A stretch of DNA of 64,000 bases from Hoeflea sp. (GCF_965233445.1 NZ_OZ247491.1), one strand, 5' to 3'; shown: positions 9,506 to 19,008, numbered from the stretch's first letter. Notes: generated from the sequence alone by a model not told the origin. Translations and numbers: made by a program.

Positions 9506-9736
9506 ATGGCGACAATACTGGCCTTTGAAGAGGCAAGATCGAAGTCAGAAAACGGCAAGCGAAGATCTTCGGAACGACCGAGAGGTCCGGCGAAGATCCT
9601 GATGTTTACCGGCGTTCGCCGCGAACCGCTCAAGGCGGGGAGTAACATTCCGGAGGCGAGCCGACACCAGCCGATGTTCGATGATCCGCTGCCCGGCAAA
9701 CCAGCGCGCCGCAAGCGCCGCAGCAAGAACGGCTGA
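9506..9736 (+). CDS. Hypothetical small basic protein
   Basis: GGAGAG SD lies 7 nt upstream of the ATG at 9506. No recognisable domain. Confidence 0.35.
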   Translation: MATILAFEEARSKSENGKRRSSERPRGPAKILMFTGVRREPLKAGSNIPEASRHQPMFDDPLPGKPARRKRRSKNG

Positions 9737-9751
9737 AGCGCGAACCGTGCC

Positions 9752-10363
9752 CTAACGGGCGGCGATACCCGCGGCTGCACCGGCCAGCAGACCGGACGAG
9801 CAGCGGTTGACGGCCCGAAGCGCACGCGGGCTTGCAAACAGCATCCGCGCCCTTGCGGCCAGAAACACCCACAAGAGATCGATCATGATCAGGACGGCCA
9901 GCATGGTTGCCGTCAGCTCGAACCATCCCGTCAGCGTAAGGCGGCTGAGATCGACGATTGTCGGCAGAAGCGCCAGGTAGAAAACCATGATCTTCGGGTT
10001 TCCGAGCGTGACGGCGAGCCCCGCCGCAAACAGCCGCAGCGCGGAGCCGCGATCCGGCAGCGCTTCCGTCGAAACATGGACCGGAGCGTGCCACATTTTC
10101 CATGCCAGATAGACGAGATAAAGAACGCCAGCCCATTTCAACACCATGAAAACGGCGTTGAAACTCTGTGCCAGGGCGGCAAGGCCGAACACCGCAAATG
10201 TGAGCCAGATGGCTTCCCCGATCCACATGGCAGCCAGGAACGGCAGGACATCGGCCGGCCCGCGGGCAATCACTCGCGCAACCAGCGCTGCGATGCTGGG
10301 ACCGGGCGATCCGGCTGCGACAAACAATGCGCCGGCAAACACCAGCAAGGCTCCGATTTCCAT
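9752..10363 (-). CDS. LysE family amino-acid exporter
   Basis: MEIGALLVFAGALFVAAGSPGPS... is a typical LysE/RhtB N-terminus. About 6 TM segments, 203 aa. Confidence 0.8.
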   Translation of the reverse strand: MEIGALLVFAGALFVAAGSPGPSIAALVARVIARGPADVLPFLAAMWIGEAIWLTFAVFGLAALAQSFNAVFMVLKWAGVLYLVYLAWKMWHAPVHVSTEALPDRGSALRLFAAGLAVTLGNPKIMVFYLALLPTIVDLSRLTLTGWFELTATMLAVLIMIDLLWVFLAARARMLFASPRALRAVNRCSSGLLAGAAAGIAAR

Positions 10364-10410
10364 CTTGGGTCTCCCTGACCGGACCGATTATGCCTTTGAA
10401 TCGAGACCGC

Positions 10411-10935
10411 TCAAGACATTTGTTCGGCGGGATGATCTGCTCCGGCGCCGGCTGAGAAGCCGAGCAGGGCGATCCCGCACATCAGCACGGCCAATCCGCT
10501 TGCCAGGGTGCGGACGATGTTCCAGAACTGCCAGCGCCCGGAATAGTCCTGCCAGATGTCCGCTCCGTTCCCCATGGCCGCCGAGGGATCGACAGCCGCA
10601 AGGGCCTGGTTCATGGGCACGTTGAACATGGCGGTCACACCGATGCCGCCGATCACATAGATCGCGGCCGCGACGGCAAGAAAGCGGGCCGGACCGGTTT
10701 GAGAGGCGCGCCAGGCGGCGATCGATGCCGCAACGAGAACAACCGGCGTCAGGAAGAAGGCCGGGAAAAAGACCGGGTTCCGCACCGATACATTCATGGC
10801 CTGCATCGCCTCGATGGCCTGGACGGGCTGGAGCGTGTCCAGCCCCCAGATGGTGGAACAGATCCAGGCGTAGAAGAAGCCGAAGATCGCCGCCGTCATC
10901 ATCAGCGCCAGAAGCGCGAGACTGCGCGCGGCCAT
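10411..10935 (-). CDS. DUF1772 (anthrone oxygenase-like) membrane protein
   Basis: Four-TM 174-aa protein with FGFFYAWICS near the N-terminus. Family assignment is from memory. Confidence 0.5.
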   Translation of the reverse strand: MAARSLALLALMMTAAIFGFFYAWICSTIWGLDTLQPVQAIEAMQAMNVSVRNPVFFPAFFLTPVVLVAASIAAWRASQTGPARFLAVAAAIYVIGGIGVTAMFNVPMNQALAAVDPSAAMGNGADIWQDYSGRWQFWNIVRTLASGLAVLMCGIALLGFSAGAGADHPAEQMS

Positions 10936-11342
10936 CAGGATTTCGCTCCCTCGCCGGCAGCCTTGCGGATCGAGCGGCCCCGCAGCAACAGGTTTGCGAT
11001 CAGGATCAGGGATGCAGCCTGACCGCCGAGGACCGCGGGCCAGATCAGCGCGAACTGGGCATCGACATATTTCTGCGGGCCGAACGACAAGAGCGCCATC
11101 AGGGCCGCGAGGCCTCCGGCCCAGCAGCCGGCCCGGCTCGATCCCGGCCCCAGGATCAGGGCTGCTGCCGCCACAGACAGCGCCACACCGAGAAACGGGG
11201 CGATGCCGAACAGGGGGATTGCCTCGGGCGGGTGCGGGGGCACGCCGGCATAGAGTGCCGCAAGCATGACCGATTGCAGGATGATCAAGCTCGCAACGGC
11301 GGCGGAGGGGATACGGTCAGCGGATTTCATGGCAGTCTCCAT
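10935..11342 (-). CDS. Hypothetical integral membrane protein
   Basis: 135 aa and highly hydrophobic. The stop overlaps the start of the downstream gene. Divergent from the tetR gene. Confidence 0.5.
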   Translation of the reverse strand: METAMKSADRIPSAAVASLIILQSVMLAALYAGVPPHPPEAIPLFGIAPFLGVALSVAAAALILGPGSSRAGCWAGGLAALMALLSFGPQKYVDAQFALIWPAVLGGQAASLILIANLLLRGRSIRKAAGEGAKS

Positions 11343-11360
11343 AAGCGTAATTGTGTGTAC

Positions 11361-11402
11361 GGTTGACCAAATCCGTAATTGAGTTTACGGATTTGGTCAA
11401 CC
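11361..11402. promoter_or_regulatory. Perfect 18-bp inverted repeat, candidate TetR operator in a divergent promoter
   Basis: GGTTGACCAAATCCGTAA-6 nt-TTACGGATTTGGTCAACC lies between the membrane-protein operon (minus strand) and tetR (plus strand). Confidence 0.6.
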
Positions 11403-11432
11403 GGCTTTTTCAACGGAACGAGGAGTGTGACG

Positions 11433-12035
11433 ATGCGTGAGGACACACGCGCGGCCCGCCAGGCCCAGATCGAGCAGGCCGCCTATGAGGTGCTGGAGGA
11501 GAAGGGCTACGCCGCCACCTCCATGCTCGCCATTGCCAGACGGGCGCGCGCATCCAACGAGACGCTCTACAACTGGTATGGCGACAAGACCGGCCTTTTC
11601 CGCGCCCTGGTGGTCCGGAACGCCGATGCGGTGCGGCATATGCTGGAAGCAGCCCTTGCACAGGATGCGCCGCCGCTTTCAACGCTTGAGGCTTTGGGTC
11701 CCGAATTGCTGGCGCTGCTGACAAGTTCGCGCGCCGTGCAGCTCAACCGAGCGGCGGCGGCCGATCCTACGGGGGACCTGGGTGCGCTGCTTTCGGAACG
11801 GGGCCGCGATGCCGTGGCGCCGCTGATTGGCGCCGTGCTTGAACGCGCGCGCGCGGCCGGGCTCGTCGACTACGAAACGACCGGGGAGGCGGTCGGTCTC
11901 TATCTCGATCTCCTGGTTGGCGATCTGCAGATCCGCCGGGTGATCGGCCGCGCTCCCCAGCCCGATGAGGCCGCGATTGCCGAAAGGGCGCGCCGTGCGC
12001 TCGACCGGTTTCTGGTTCTCATGCGGCCCGGCTGA
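11433..12035 (+). CDS. TetR family transcriptional regulator
   Basis: HTH segment GYAATSMLAIARRARASNETLYNWYGDKTGLF. Start at the ATG at 11433. Confidence 0.85.
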   Translation: MREDTRAARQAQIEQAAYEVLEEKGYAATSMLAIARRARASNETLYNWYGDKTGLFRALVVRNADAVRHMLEAALAQDAPPLSTLEALGPELLALLTSSRAVQLNRAAAADPTGDLGALLSERGRDAVAPLIGAVLERARAAGLVDYETTGEAVGLYLDLLVGDLQIRRVIGRAPQPDEAAIAERARRALDRFLVLMRPG

Positions 12036-12058
12036 AACGCGGTGCGCGAGCCTGCCGG

Positions 12059-12613
12059 TCAGGCCGGGTCGATGCTGAAGGGGGCGCAGGAAGCGCCTGA
12101 GACAAAGTCCCGCGCCGCGGGCTCCTGGCTGGGGGCGGGCGCGATCGCGCGCAGCGCCACGAAGCCTTCCGGATCGGAGAGTTCCACCAGCACCGCGCGT
12201 TCCAACGCCTCAGGCATCACCCTGCGCAACTGCAGCATCTGCGGTCGGGTGACGAAGACGATGTCGACATTGACCCCGATCGAGGAGCGGTCGTTCATCG
12301 AATAGGTCTCGTCGGAAGACGTGTCGTAGGCAACGACGGTCCAGAGGGGCACATCGCCGGACGTCAGCACCCGCACCGGACGGTCGCTGATGTCGAACCT
12401 GCAGACCGCTGTGCGGACATGCGGATCCTCGTTGTAGAGCCCGGTGTCATTGGGCACGTTGGCGAGCGGGAAGAAACGGTTCTCCACGCCGAGCGACTGA
12501 ACCCGGCTCCAGGCGTCCGTTCCGGTGCGGCGCGGCATCTCGAGTATGGTGATGATGTGGATCAGCGCCGCGCCGACCAGACCTATGAGAATGGCCAGTA
12601 GAAGACTACGCAT
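12059..12613 (-). CDS. Membrane-anchored DUF1254-like protein
   Basis: N-terminal TM helix. Paired and overlapping with the next gene, as in the Rhizobiales DUF1214/DUF1254 pairs. Assignment is from memory. Confidence 0.45.
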   Translation of the reverse strand: MRSLLLAILIGLVGAALIHIITILEMPRRTGTDAWSRVQSLGVENRFFPLANVPNDTGLYNEDPHVRTAVCRFDISDRPVRVLTSGDVPLWTVVAYDTSSDETYSMNDRSSIGVNVDIVFVTRPQMLQLRRVMPEALERAVLVELSDPEGFVALRAIAPAPSQEPAARDFVSGASCAPFSIDPA

Positions 12614-13193
12614 CGCGGCATCCGGTCTGCCGGATCACCGGCATGTCGAGTTCCACCAGACCGGCGCTGCCGGCGGTCGGCGTGTCGATCAAGGTGAGCA
12701 CGAAGGAGACGCCGTTTTCGGTGTCGAGCCGGATCCAGTTGCCGGATCTCGCATCGGCCGAAAGCGCGATCCGGAAGGTCCCGTCCGCATCCCGCAGGGT
12801 GTTCCACGAGGTCAGGCTCGCGGGAAACTGCTCGGGCGCTGAGAGCGGGACGCCGTCCGCGTCGGTGATCCGCAAGGTCCAGAAGCGCGCCGGCGGCGTC
12901 AATCCGGAGATCTCGTAGCTGCATCGCCCGGAAAGCCTGGCGCCGTCCTGGTCGGTGCTTGCGGTGAACACCAGACCCTCGGCCCGGCCGAGCAGGATCT
13001 TGCCGTCGCCGGCGCGGTGTGCGCGCGCGAACGGGTCGGCCTTTTCGGTCTGAAGTTCCGGATAGGCGACCCATGGTCCGAGGCTGATGGCGCCGAAGCC
13101 CGATGTCGCCTTGAGCGTCACCGATGCCGACCAGACGCCGCCGCCGAAGGCGATGACAAGCGAAACCAGAACCAGGAGGGGAAGGCGAAACAC
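12606..13193 (-). CDS. Membrane-anchored DUF1214-like protein
   Basis: N-terminal TM helix and an 8-nt overlap with the downstream gene. Assignment is from memory. Confidence 0.45.
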   Translation of the reverse strand: MFRLPLLVLVSLVIAFGGGVWSASVTLKATSGFGAISLGPWVAYPELQTEKADPFARAHRAGDGKILLGRAEGLVFTASTDQDGARLSGRCSYEISGLTPPARFWTLRITDADGVPLSAPEQFPASLTSWNTLRDADGTFRIALSADARSGNWIRLDTENGVSFVLTLIDTPTAGSAGLVELDMPVIRQTGCRDA

Positions 13194-13397
13194 GGGCGGG
13201 GACGTCCTCGCTCAGAGCAGCGGCGCGGCTTGAAGGCCGGCTTGCGCTGCCCGGCCGGAGCCGGAAATCGGGTCGCGCAGCCATTTTCCGGGCGCTGCCG
13301 TCTCCGCCGGTGCGCCCTTCAAGTGCTTGAAATCATGCATTTCGCCGAGCACCCCAGTAATCCCGCCAAAGTGCGACATGACTTATCACTGTTCCGG

Positions 13398-15578
13398 TCA
13401 GTTGGGAACCTGTTCAACGCCCGTGCCTGCCGCGGCCAGACGCTCGGGTTCGCTGAGCGGCTCGGCGGTCTCGAACGCTTCGACGAGCCCGCGCAGGATG
13501 CGGGTGGATTCGCGGCTGAGCGTCCGCGACCGCTGCAGCGATGGCAGCGCGTTGCCGTTGGCGTCGGTCGCCGCCGACGCCACGCGGGCACCGGTGGCTG
13601 CCTCGGGGAAGGGGTTTTCGACGCCCGGAAGGGCCCGGAGTTCGATCTCCTGGTGGGCGTAGTCCATCAGCCGCTTGAAGGTCATGGCCGGCAGCGAGCC
13701 GCCGGTCATCCGGTTGGACGAGGTGTAATCGTCATTGCCGTACCAGACGGCGGCTGCGAAATTGCCGGTGAAGCCGCAGAACCAGGCGTCGCGATAGGCC
13801 TGGGTGGTGCCGGTCTTGCCGCCGGTGAGAACGCCGTCGACCGCCGCGCGCCGCGCGGTGCCGACGTAGGGAACGCGGGTCAGCATCTGGTTCATGTAGG
13901 CCGCCGCCTGCTCGGTGAGCACGCGCTTGGGCGCCGGTTCGTCGCGCTGGAAGTCGTAGAGCACCTCGCCGTCATAGGAGAGGATCTGCGCAATCCCGTG
14001 ACGCTGCGATTCGAGCCCGCCGGCCATGAACACCGAATAGGCCGTCGCCTGGTCAAGCACGGTGACCTCGGAGGTGCCGATCGGGATCGTGACATCGCGG
14101 CGGATCGGCGTCTGGACGCCGAATTTCTTGGCCATTTCCATGATCTGGCCGATCGCGTCCTCGCCCAGCTTGTCGCGGGCGAGCCGCACCGGAATGGTGT
14201 TGATCGACCGCGCCAGCGCGTTCTTCATGAGAACCCGGCCCGAATAGCCGCCGGAATAGTTGCCCGGCCGCCAGTTGCCCCAGGCAATCGGCGCATCGAC
14301 GATCGTCGTCTCGGGCGTCATGCCCTTTTCCATGGCGAGCGAGTAGGTGTAGATCTTGAACGAGGAGCCCGGCTGCCTGAGCGCGCGCGACGCGCGGTTG
14401 AACTGGCTGTCGCCATAGTCGCGCCCGCCGACCATGGCGCGCACGCCGCCGCCATGCTCGATGAGCACGAGCGCCGCCTGCGACGCGCGATAGCGTTCGC
14501 CATACTGCCTGAGAGTGGTTTCCACCGCCGCTTCCGCGGCCTCCTGCAGCCCGATGTCGATGGTGGTGCGAACGATCAGCGAGTGATCCTCGAACCCCGC
14601 GGCGATCCGCTGCACCTCCTCGAAGGCCCAGTCGAGGAAGTAGTCGGGCGCATCCGCCGTGCCCCGGTCGATCACGTTGGCCGGATTGCGCCGCGCGCCG
14701 ATCACCTGGCCCTCGGTCATCAGGTCGCCCTGGACGAGATTGGACAGAACCTCGTTGGCCCGCGCCCTGGCCGCCGGCAGGTTGATGTGCGGCGCGTAGC
14801 GGGCAGGGGCCTTGAACAGCCCGGCCAGCATGGCCGCCTCGGCGATCGAGACCTCGGTGATGTTCTTGCCGAAATAGAACTGCGCCGCCGCAGCCGCGCC
14901 GAAGGTTCCGCCGCCCATGTAGGCGCGGTCGAGATAGAGCCTGAGAATCTCGGTCTTGGGCAGGTTGGCCTCGAGCCAGAAGGCCAGGAACGCCTCCTTG
15001 ACCTTGCGCTCGATGGTCCGCTCATTGGTCAGGAACAGGTTCTTGGCGAGCTGCTGGGTGATGGTCGAGCCGCCCTGGACCACGGAATTGGCCTTGACGT
15101 TTTCGGTCATGGCGCGGGCGAGGCCGAGCAGGTCGATGCCGAAATGCTCGAAGAACCGGCGGTCCTCGGTGGCGAGCACCGCCTTGATGAAGTGATCCGG
15201 CAACTGGTCTACGGGGACCGAATCCTCGTGGATGACGCCGCGCCGGCCGATCTCGTTGCCGTAGCGGTCGAGGAAGGTGACGGCGAAATCGTCGCGCGTG
15301 CGCCAGTTTCCCGATGTCTCCTCGAAGGCCGGCAGCGCCAGCGCCAGCAGCAGCACGAATCCGGCCGTGCCCGCGTTCATGCCTTCGCCGGCAATCTCGA
15401 ACACGGCCTTCCAGACGCCGCGCGTGCGGAAGCGGCGGAAGAAGATGGTGATCTCCTCCCAGATCTCGCCTGCGCGGAAACCGGCATTCCACATCGACGA
15501 ATCGATCCAGGAATCGATGCGAAGCAGGATGTTTGAGCGCTTGCGCGGCCGGTTTTCCTGATTGAACGGGTCTTGCAC
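13398..15578 (-). CDS. Class A penicillin-binding protein (glycosyltransferase/transpeptidase, PBP1A family)
   Basis: GT51 motif ATEDRRFFEHFGID, and transpeptidase motifs SSFK and KTGTT. Confidence 0.9.
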   Translation of the reverse strand: MQDPFNQENRPRKRSNILLRIDSWIDSSMWNAGFRAGEIWEEITIFFRRFRTRGVWKAVFEIAGEGMNAGTAGFVLLLALALPAFEETSGNWRTRDDFAVTFLDRYGNEIGRRGVIHEDSVPVDQLPDHFIKAVLATEDRRFFEHFGIDLLGLARAMTENVKANSVVQGGSTITQQLAKNLFLTNERTIERKVKEAFLAFWLEANLPKTEILRLYLDRAYMGGGTFGAAAAAQFYFGKNITEVSIAEAAMLAGLFKAPARYAPHINLPAARARANEVLSNLVQGDLMTEGQVIGARRNPANVIDRGTADAPDYFLDWAFEEVQRIAAGFEDHSLIVRTTIDIGLQEAAEAAVETTLRQYGERYRASQAALVLIEHGGGVRAMVGGRDYGDSQFNRASRALRQPGSSFKIYTYSLAMEKGMTPETTIVDAPIAWGNWRPGNYSGGYSGRVLMKNALARSINTIPVRLARDKLGEDAIGQIMEMAKKFGVQTPIRRDVTIPIGTSEVTVLDQATAYSVFMAGGLESQRHGIAQILSYDGEVLYDFQRDEPAPKRVLTEQAAAYMNQMLTRVPYVGTARRAAVDGVLTGGKTGTTQAYRDAWFCGFTGNFAAAVWYGNDDYTSSNRMTGGSLPAMTFKRLMDYAHQEIELRALPGVENPFPEAATGARVASAATDANGNALPSLQRSRTLSRESTRILRGLVEAFETAEPLSEPERLAAAGTGVEQVPN

Positions 15579-15821
15579 GGGTCTTGATCCATTGCGGGCG
15601 GTGGAGTTTCACCGCGGTTAGGGGGCTGCCAGCGCGCGGCCATGCCGTCGGCTGCTGCAGTATTTACCCCCTTGCGCTATGCTTTTGGCCGATTTTCAGT
15701 CAAAGGACAAGACTTGAGCGCTTCCGGACAGGCCTCCGGGGGCATGAAATTATCGTGAGCCTGCATATATACGGTGGCGACGCGCCTGCATCGGGCGCGG
15801 GTCCGGAAGGAACATCAAATC

Positions 15822-16274
15822 ATGGTCGCAAAGCCGTTCTGGCAAACCAAGACGCTCGACGAGATGACGACCGCGGAATGGGAGAGCCTGTGCGACGGCT
15901 GCGGCCGCTGCTGTCTGAACAAGCTCGAGGACTGGGACACCGGCGAAATCGCCTGGACCAGCATCGCCTGCCGGCTGCTCGACGGGCATACCTGCCGCTG
16001 CAAGGACTATGACAACCGCCAGGCCACCGTGCCCGACTGCATCGGCCTGACGCCCGCGCAGGTGGACACGATCACCTGGCTGCCGCCCACCTGCGGCTAT
16101 CGCCTGGTGCGCGAGGGGCGCGACCTCTACTGGTGGCACCACCTGGTCTCCGGCGATCCCGAAACCGTGCATCAGGCCGGCGTCTCCGTGCGCGGCCGGA
16201 CCGAAAGCGAGGAGGGGATCGATGTCGAGGATTTCGAGGACTACCTGGTGGACTGGCCGGGCGAGGAGGTCTGA
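15822..16274 (+). CDS. ycgN: YcgN family cysteine-cluster protein (UPF0260)
   Basis: [32 protein letters not shown]...CRCKDY. Confidence 0.85.
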   Translation: MVAKPFWQTKTLDEMTTAEWESLCDGCGRCCLNKLEDWDTGEIAWTSIACRLLDGHTCRCKDYDNRQATVPDCIGLTPAQVDTITWLPPTCGYRLVREGRDLYWWHHLVSGDPETVHQAGVSVRGRTESEEGIDVEDFEDYLVDWPGEEV

Positions 16275-16460
16275 CCCGCTCACAGGGGCACGGCGCTGCC
16301 GCCGGCCTTGATCCGGTGCGGGCCGCGGCCGGCCCGGAAAGGTGAGGGCAGGCACTCCGGGTTCATGAAAATCCGGCATTAGCATTTTTTTAACAAAGGC
16401 CGGGAACCGATCCCGCGTTCAGAAGTTAACGGGGCGTATTGCAAAACAGAGGACTGCCCC

Positions 16461-16622
16461 ATGCTTCAATGGATTTTGATACTGCTTATCGTCGCCGCGG
16501 TTGCCGGCCTTTTGGGCTTCGGCAAACTCTCCGGCCTGGCGCTGACTGGCGCGAAGCTGCTGATCGCCATCGTGCTGATCATCTTCCTGCTCGCCGTTCT
16601 CGGCATCGTGGCCATAGCGTAG
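16461..16622 (+). CDS. DUF1328 (UPF0391) small membrane protein, 53 aa
   Basis: Hand translation gives MLQWILILLIVAAVAGLLGFGKLSGLALTGAKLLIAIVLIIFLLAVLGIVAIA. It is below the ORF-track length cut-off. Confidence 0.7.
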   Translation: MLQWILILLIVAAVAGLLGFGKLSGLALTGAKLLIAIVLIIFLLAVLGIVAIA

Positions 16623-16682
16623 CGACACAACGAATTTTCAGACCTCCCCCATCCCCCCCGCGCGTCCCCCAACGCGTAACCT

Positions 16683-16714
16683 GCCGCCGAAGATTTTTCT
16701 TCGGCGGCTTTTTT
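16683..16714 (+). terminator. Rho-independent terminator
   Basis: GCCGCCGAAGA-TTTT-TCTTCGGCGGC followed by TTTTTT. It marks the left edge of the AT-richer island. Confidence 0.8.
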
Positions 16715-16816
16715 ATGTGGTGTGGGGATGGAGCGTGGGTAGAGCGGGTGGAATGTTCAAGGAACGCGCATTGTGGTATCTTTGACCAAAACCTGCGGAA
16801 ATCGACCGGAGCCGGC

Positions 16817-17065
16817 ATGCAACGCACATATTTCGTCAGGGCTGTGTGGGATGAAGAAGCGGAAGTGTTCGTTTCCGAAAGCGATATTATCGGCCTGCAC
16901 ATCGAAGCGGAAACCGTGGACGAATTCGAGGCCATGTTGCGAGATGTCGCGACCGATCTGGTGATCGCCAACCACATAAGCCCGGAACAACTGGAAACCA
17001 CGCCATTACGCGAGTTGATCCCGACAATCGTGTGGGAACGGCCCGGACCAGAAATGGCCGCCTGA
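16817..17065 (+). CDS. hicB: HicB-like antitoxin (DUF1902 type)
   Basis: YFVRAVWDEEAEVFVSESDIIGLHIEAETVDEFEAMLRDV is DUF1902/HicB-like. It lies immediately upstream of hicA with a 1-nt gap. Confidence 0.7.
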   Translation: MQRTYFVRAVWDEEAEVFVSESDIIGLHIEAETVDEFEAMLRDVATDLVIANHISPEQLETTPLRELIPTIVWERPGPEMAA

Positions 17066-17066
17066 A

Positions 17067-17264
17067 TTGGCGCCCGGCTTCTATCGCCAAGTTTGCGAGG
17101 AACTGACCCGGGCAGGTTTTGCGTATCTCTCCAATGCAAAGGGATCCCACGAGAAGTGGCGGAACCCCGAGACCGGTAGACTGGTACTTGTGCCGCGCAA
17201 TCTCAAAAGCCGCCACACGGCAAATGCGATCATGAAATCGGCGGGCGTGGAAAAGAAGCTCTGA
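17067..17264 (+). CDS. hicA: HicA family mRNA interferase toxin
   Basis: GFAYLSNAKGSHEKWRNPETGRLVLVPRNLKSRHTANAIMKSAGV is the HicA/YcfA signature. TTG start. Confidence 0.8.
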   Translation: MAPGFYRQVCEELTRAGFAYLSNAKGSHEKWRNPETGRLVLVPRNLKSRHTANAIMKSAGVEKKL

Positions 17265-17333
17265 TTGCTCGCCAAGTGGCCCCTCACAATTATGCCCAAA
17301 CCAGGATTCCCGCTTCAGTTGCCGAATAAGTCT

Positions 17334-17430
17334 CAAGGTTTCAGACCGTGAATACGCCGACATGCTGCTTGAAGCCATCTGTGGCAAGCGCCTGACCTAT
17401 CGGAGGATTGGTAAAGCCAATTGCGCCTAA
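17334..17430 (+). pseudogene. 3' remnant (about 32 codons) of an IS1595-family transposase gene
   Basis: It translates to ...ADMLLEAICGKRLTYRRIGKANCA*. This aligns at the nucleotide level with the 3' end of the intact copy at 24797-24896. Confidence 0.8.
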
Positions 17431-17670
17431 ACAAAAGGCGCGAAAGCTTCTCCACAAGCGCAAGAAACGCAACCTGTGATTCCCCGGGAATGCTCACGCA
17501 ACCCACTTGCATACTCCAGAACATTAGGAGAACGTGAAAGGCGACCGATTCGCACTCGGTCGCCTTCGTTCAAACAAGCCATGGGACGGCTCGCATGAAA
17601 CACAATCAGATTTTGAATCCTCCCGCGATTCTCGTCAAGCGTCCTGCGGCCAAATGCAGGAGACTTTAAG

Positions 17671-17961
17671 ATGGCCAAGCGCGCCCAAATCAAATGCATC
17701 AACAAAAACGACCGTTACAATCCATACGAACGGATCACGCACGTTGGAGGGCATGTCACTTCACAGTGGAAGATCACACTAGACGACGCAATCGCCAGGA
17801 TCGAGAACGGCGAATGGGAATTTTTTGTCGGCGGTGGTGGGCTTCTCACTCCAGAAGTGAATGTTATCGTCGCGGAGAGCCCGCATGGGAACAAGTACCT
17901 GAAGACTGAAGCGGATGATCGGGAGCCGAACAACCTTCTGAGTCTTCCCGAATGCCCATGA
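17671..17961 (+). CDS. DUF3892 domain protein
   Basis: NKNDRYNPYERITHVGG...WKITLDDAIARIENGEWEFFV...YLKTEADDREPNNLLSLPEC. AGGAG SD upstream. Confidence 0.75.
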   Translation: MAKRAQIKCINKNDRYNPYERITHVGGHVTSQWKITLDDAIARIENGEWEFFVGGGGLLTPEVNVIVAESPHGNKYLKTEADDREPNNLLSLPECP

Positions 17962-17994
17962 TCATCAAGTAGGACGCTCGAATGACTGTAGGCT

Positions 17995-18222
17995 CTAAAC
18001 CCATTCTAAAGCTTGTTGGGCGACGTACAGTTCGGCGTCGCGCCCTCGGCCGGAGACGAGCGTGGTACGAATGCGGTCAATCTCTCTTTGAATGAAACTC
18101 ATTGACTCTTCCTTCTTCGGCTTACCGTCCCTCCCGGTCTTCGGATCGGGAGGGGTTTTCAACAGGTGGCGCAAAACGTCGTCGCCCTTTTCCTGGTCTG
18201 TTTTCTTACTGGTGTCTGACAT
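17995..18222 (-). CDS. Small K/R-rich protein with LRHLLKTPPDPK motif ('TPP' family, U0 copy)
   Basis: The shared motif KGD(D/E)VLR(H/R)LLKTPPDP also occurs in the 25146-25316 copy. Related motifs are in 19764-19949 and 22629-22781. The start could be 18222 or 18279. Confidence 0.45.
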   Translation of the reverse strand: MSDTSKKTDQEKGDDVLRHLLKTPPDPKTGRDGKPKKEESMSFIQREIDRIRTTLVSGRGRDAELYVAQQALEWV

Positions 18223-18832
18223 GAGCAAAACTCTATCGGAGATTGACGGTATAAAGTTGGCATTGGGCGATATGTGCATTGCATGGGCGCACTTGGAGGA
18301 TGACTACTTCACGTTGGCGCTTTACCAATTTGAGTCATTCGACAGCGAAATCTCTCAAGCGCTTCAATCAGTATTAGACATCAGGGACATGGCGGCGCTT
18401 CAGAAAAATACTGCGCTAGCAAGGCCCAGAAACATCATCACTGATCACCTGATTTGCCTCGCTGACCAAATTGACAAAGAGCTTAGGCCTGTCAGAAACC
18501 GCTTTATCCACGACCCAATTTTTAAATTCAATGACTCCTACGAATTCGTAGACCGTACAGCCCGGATAAGAAAGCCTCAGGCGTTTAAGATCGAAATAAC
18601 TTTCCAGAATTGCTCGCCCGCGTCTAGCGAACGAATTGAAGCATTCACAAAGTGCATTCGCTGCGCACACGAATACGCGGGTGAGATTTTTGGCATTTTG
18701 GAATGCATGGATGACGCTGCAAAGTGGGGGCTGCCTCTTGGCGATCAAGAAGCGCGGGTACTCCGCGCAAACTTGGCCGAGGCCATCGCGGCGTACAAAG
18801 AAATGACCAAATCTCCAGAACCCAAAGAGTAA
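18221..18832 (+). CDS. HEPN-like protein (R-x4-H motif), U0 effector
   Basis: IAWAHLEDD helix and VRNRFIHDP (R-NRFI-H). It has the same architecture as the 25315-25932 protein. An alternative start at Met18 (18272) is possible. Confidence 0.5.
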   Translation: MSKTLSEIDGIKLALGDMCIAWAHLEDDYFTLALYQFESFDSEISQALQSVLDIRDMAALQKNTALARPRNIITDHLICLADQIDKELRPVRNRFIHDPIFKFNDSYEFVDRTARIRKPQAFKIEITFQNCSPASSERIEAFTKCIRCAHEYAGEIFGILECMDDAAKWGLPLGDQEARVLRANLAEAIAAYKEMTKSPEPKE

Positions 18833-18933
18833 TCGTCCGGCGCTACCCACCTCGACAATTCTCTCACGCCCGCCTCAATCATCTCAGGCGTAATCTCAAT
18901 CTCTTCTGTCCTTGTCTCGTCTGCGTCCGTCAT
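18745..18933 (-). CDS. Small protein with EIEITPEMIEAG motif (U0 copy)
   Basis: GGAGAG SD upstream of the ATG at 18933. The EIEITPEMIEAG motif is shared with 19047-19259 and 21295-21564. The 3' end overlaps the effector gene convergently. Confidence 0.5.
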   Translation of the reverse strand: MTDADETRTEEIEITPEMIEAGVRELSRWVAPDDYSLGSGDLVISLYAAMASAKFARSTRAS

Positions 18934-19008
18934 AGGAAACTCTCCGTTTCCTTGACGCACCTACCGGCCTTTCACGCAGGGGAATCATGCCTTTCTGATT
19001 ATGGTACG

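Noticed and set aside
13017-15536. 839-aa ORF on the + strand
   Set aside because: It lies entirely antisense to the PBP1A gene, which has clear GT51 and transpeptidase motifs. Its composition is Arg/Gly/Ala-rich with no motifs, as expected for a shadow ORF in high-GC DNA.
16630-16820. tRNA or tmRNA gene as an island integration site (26120-26330 was checked as well)
   Set aside because: I could not fold any cloverleaf-like segment or find a GTTCGAATC-type T-loop in context at either island edge. The GGGCTTCGAACC string near 26210 lacks matching arms.
17538-17566. 10-bp stem hairpin AAGGCGACCG...CGGTCGCCTT downstream of the transposase remnant as a terminator
   Set aside because: No T-tract follows it on either strand, and it is not conserved in the other units, so I did not call a terminator.
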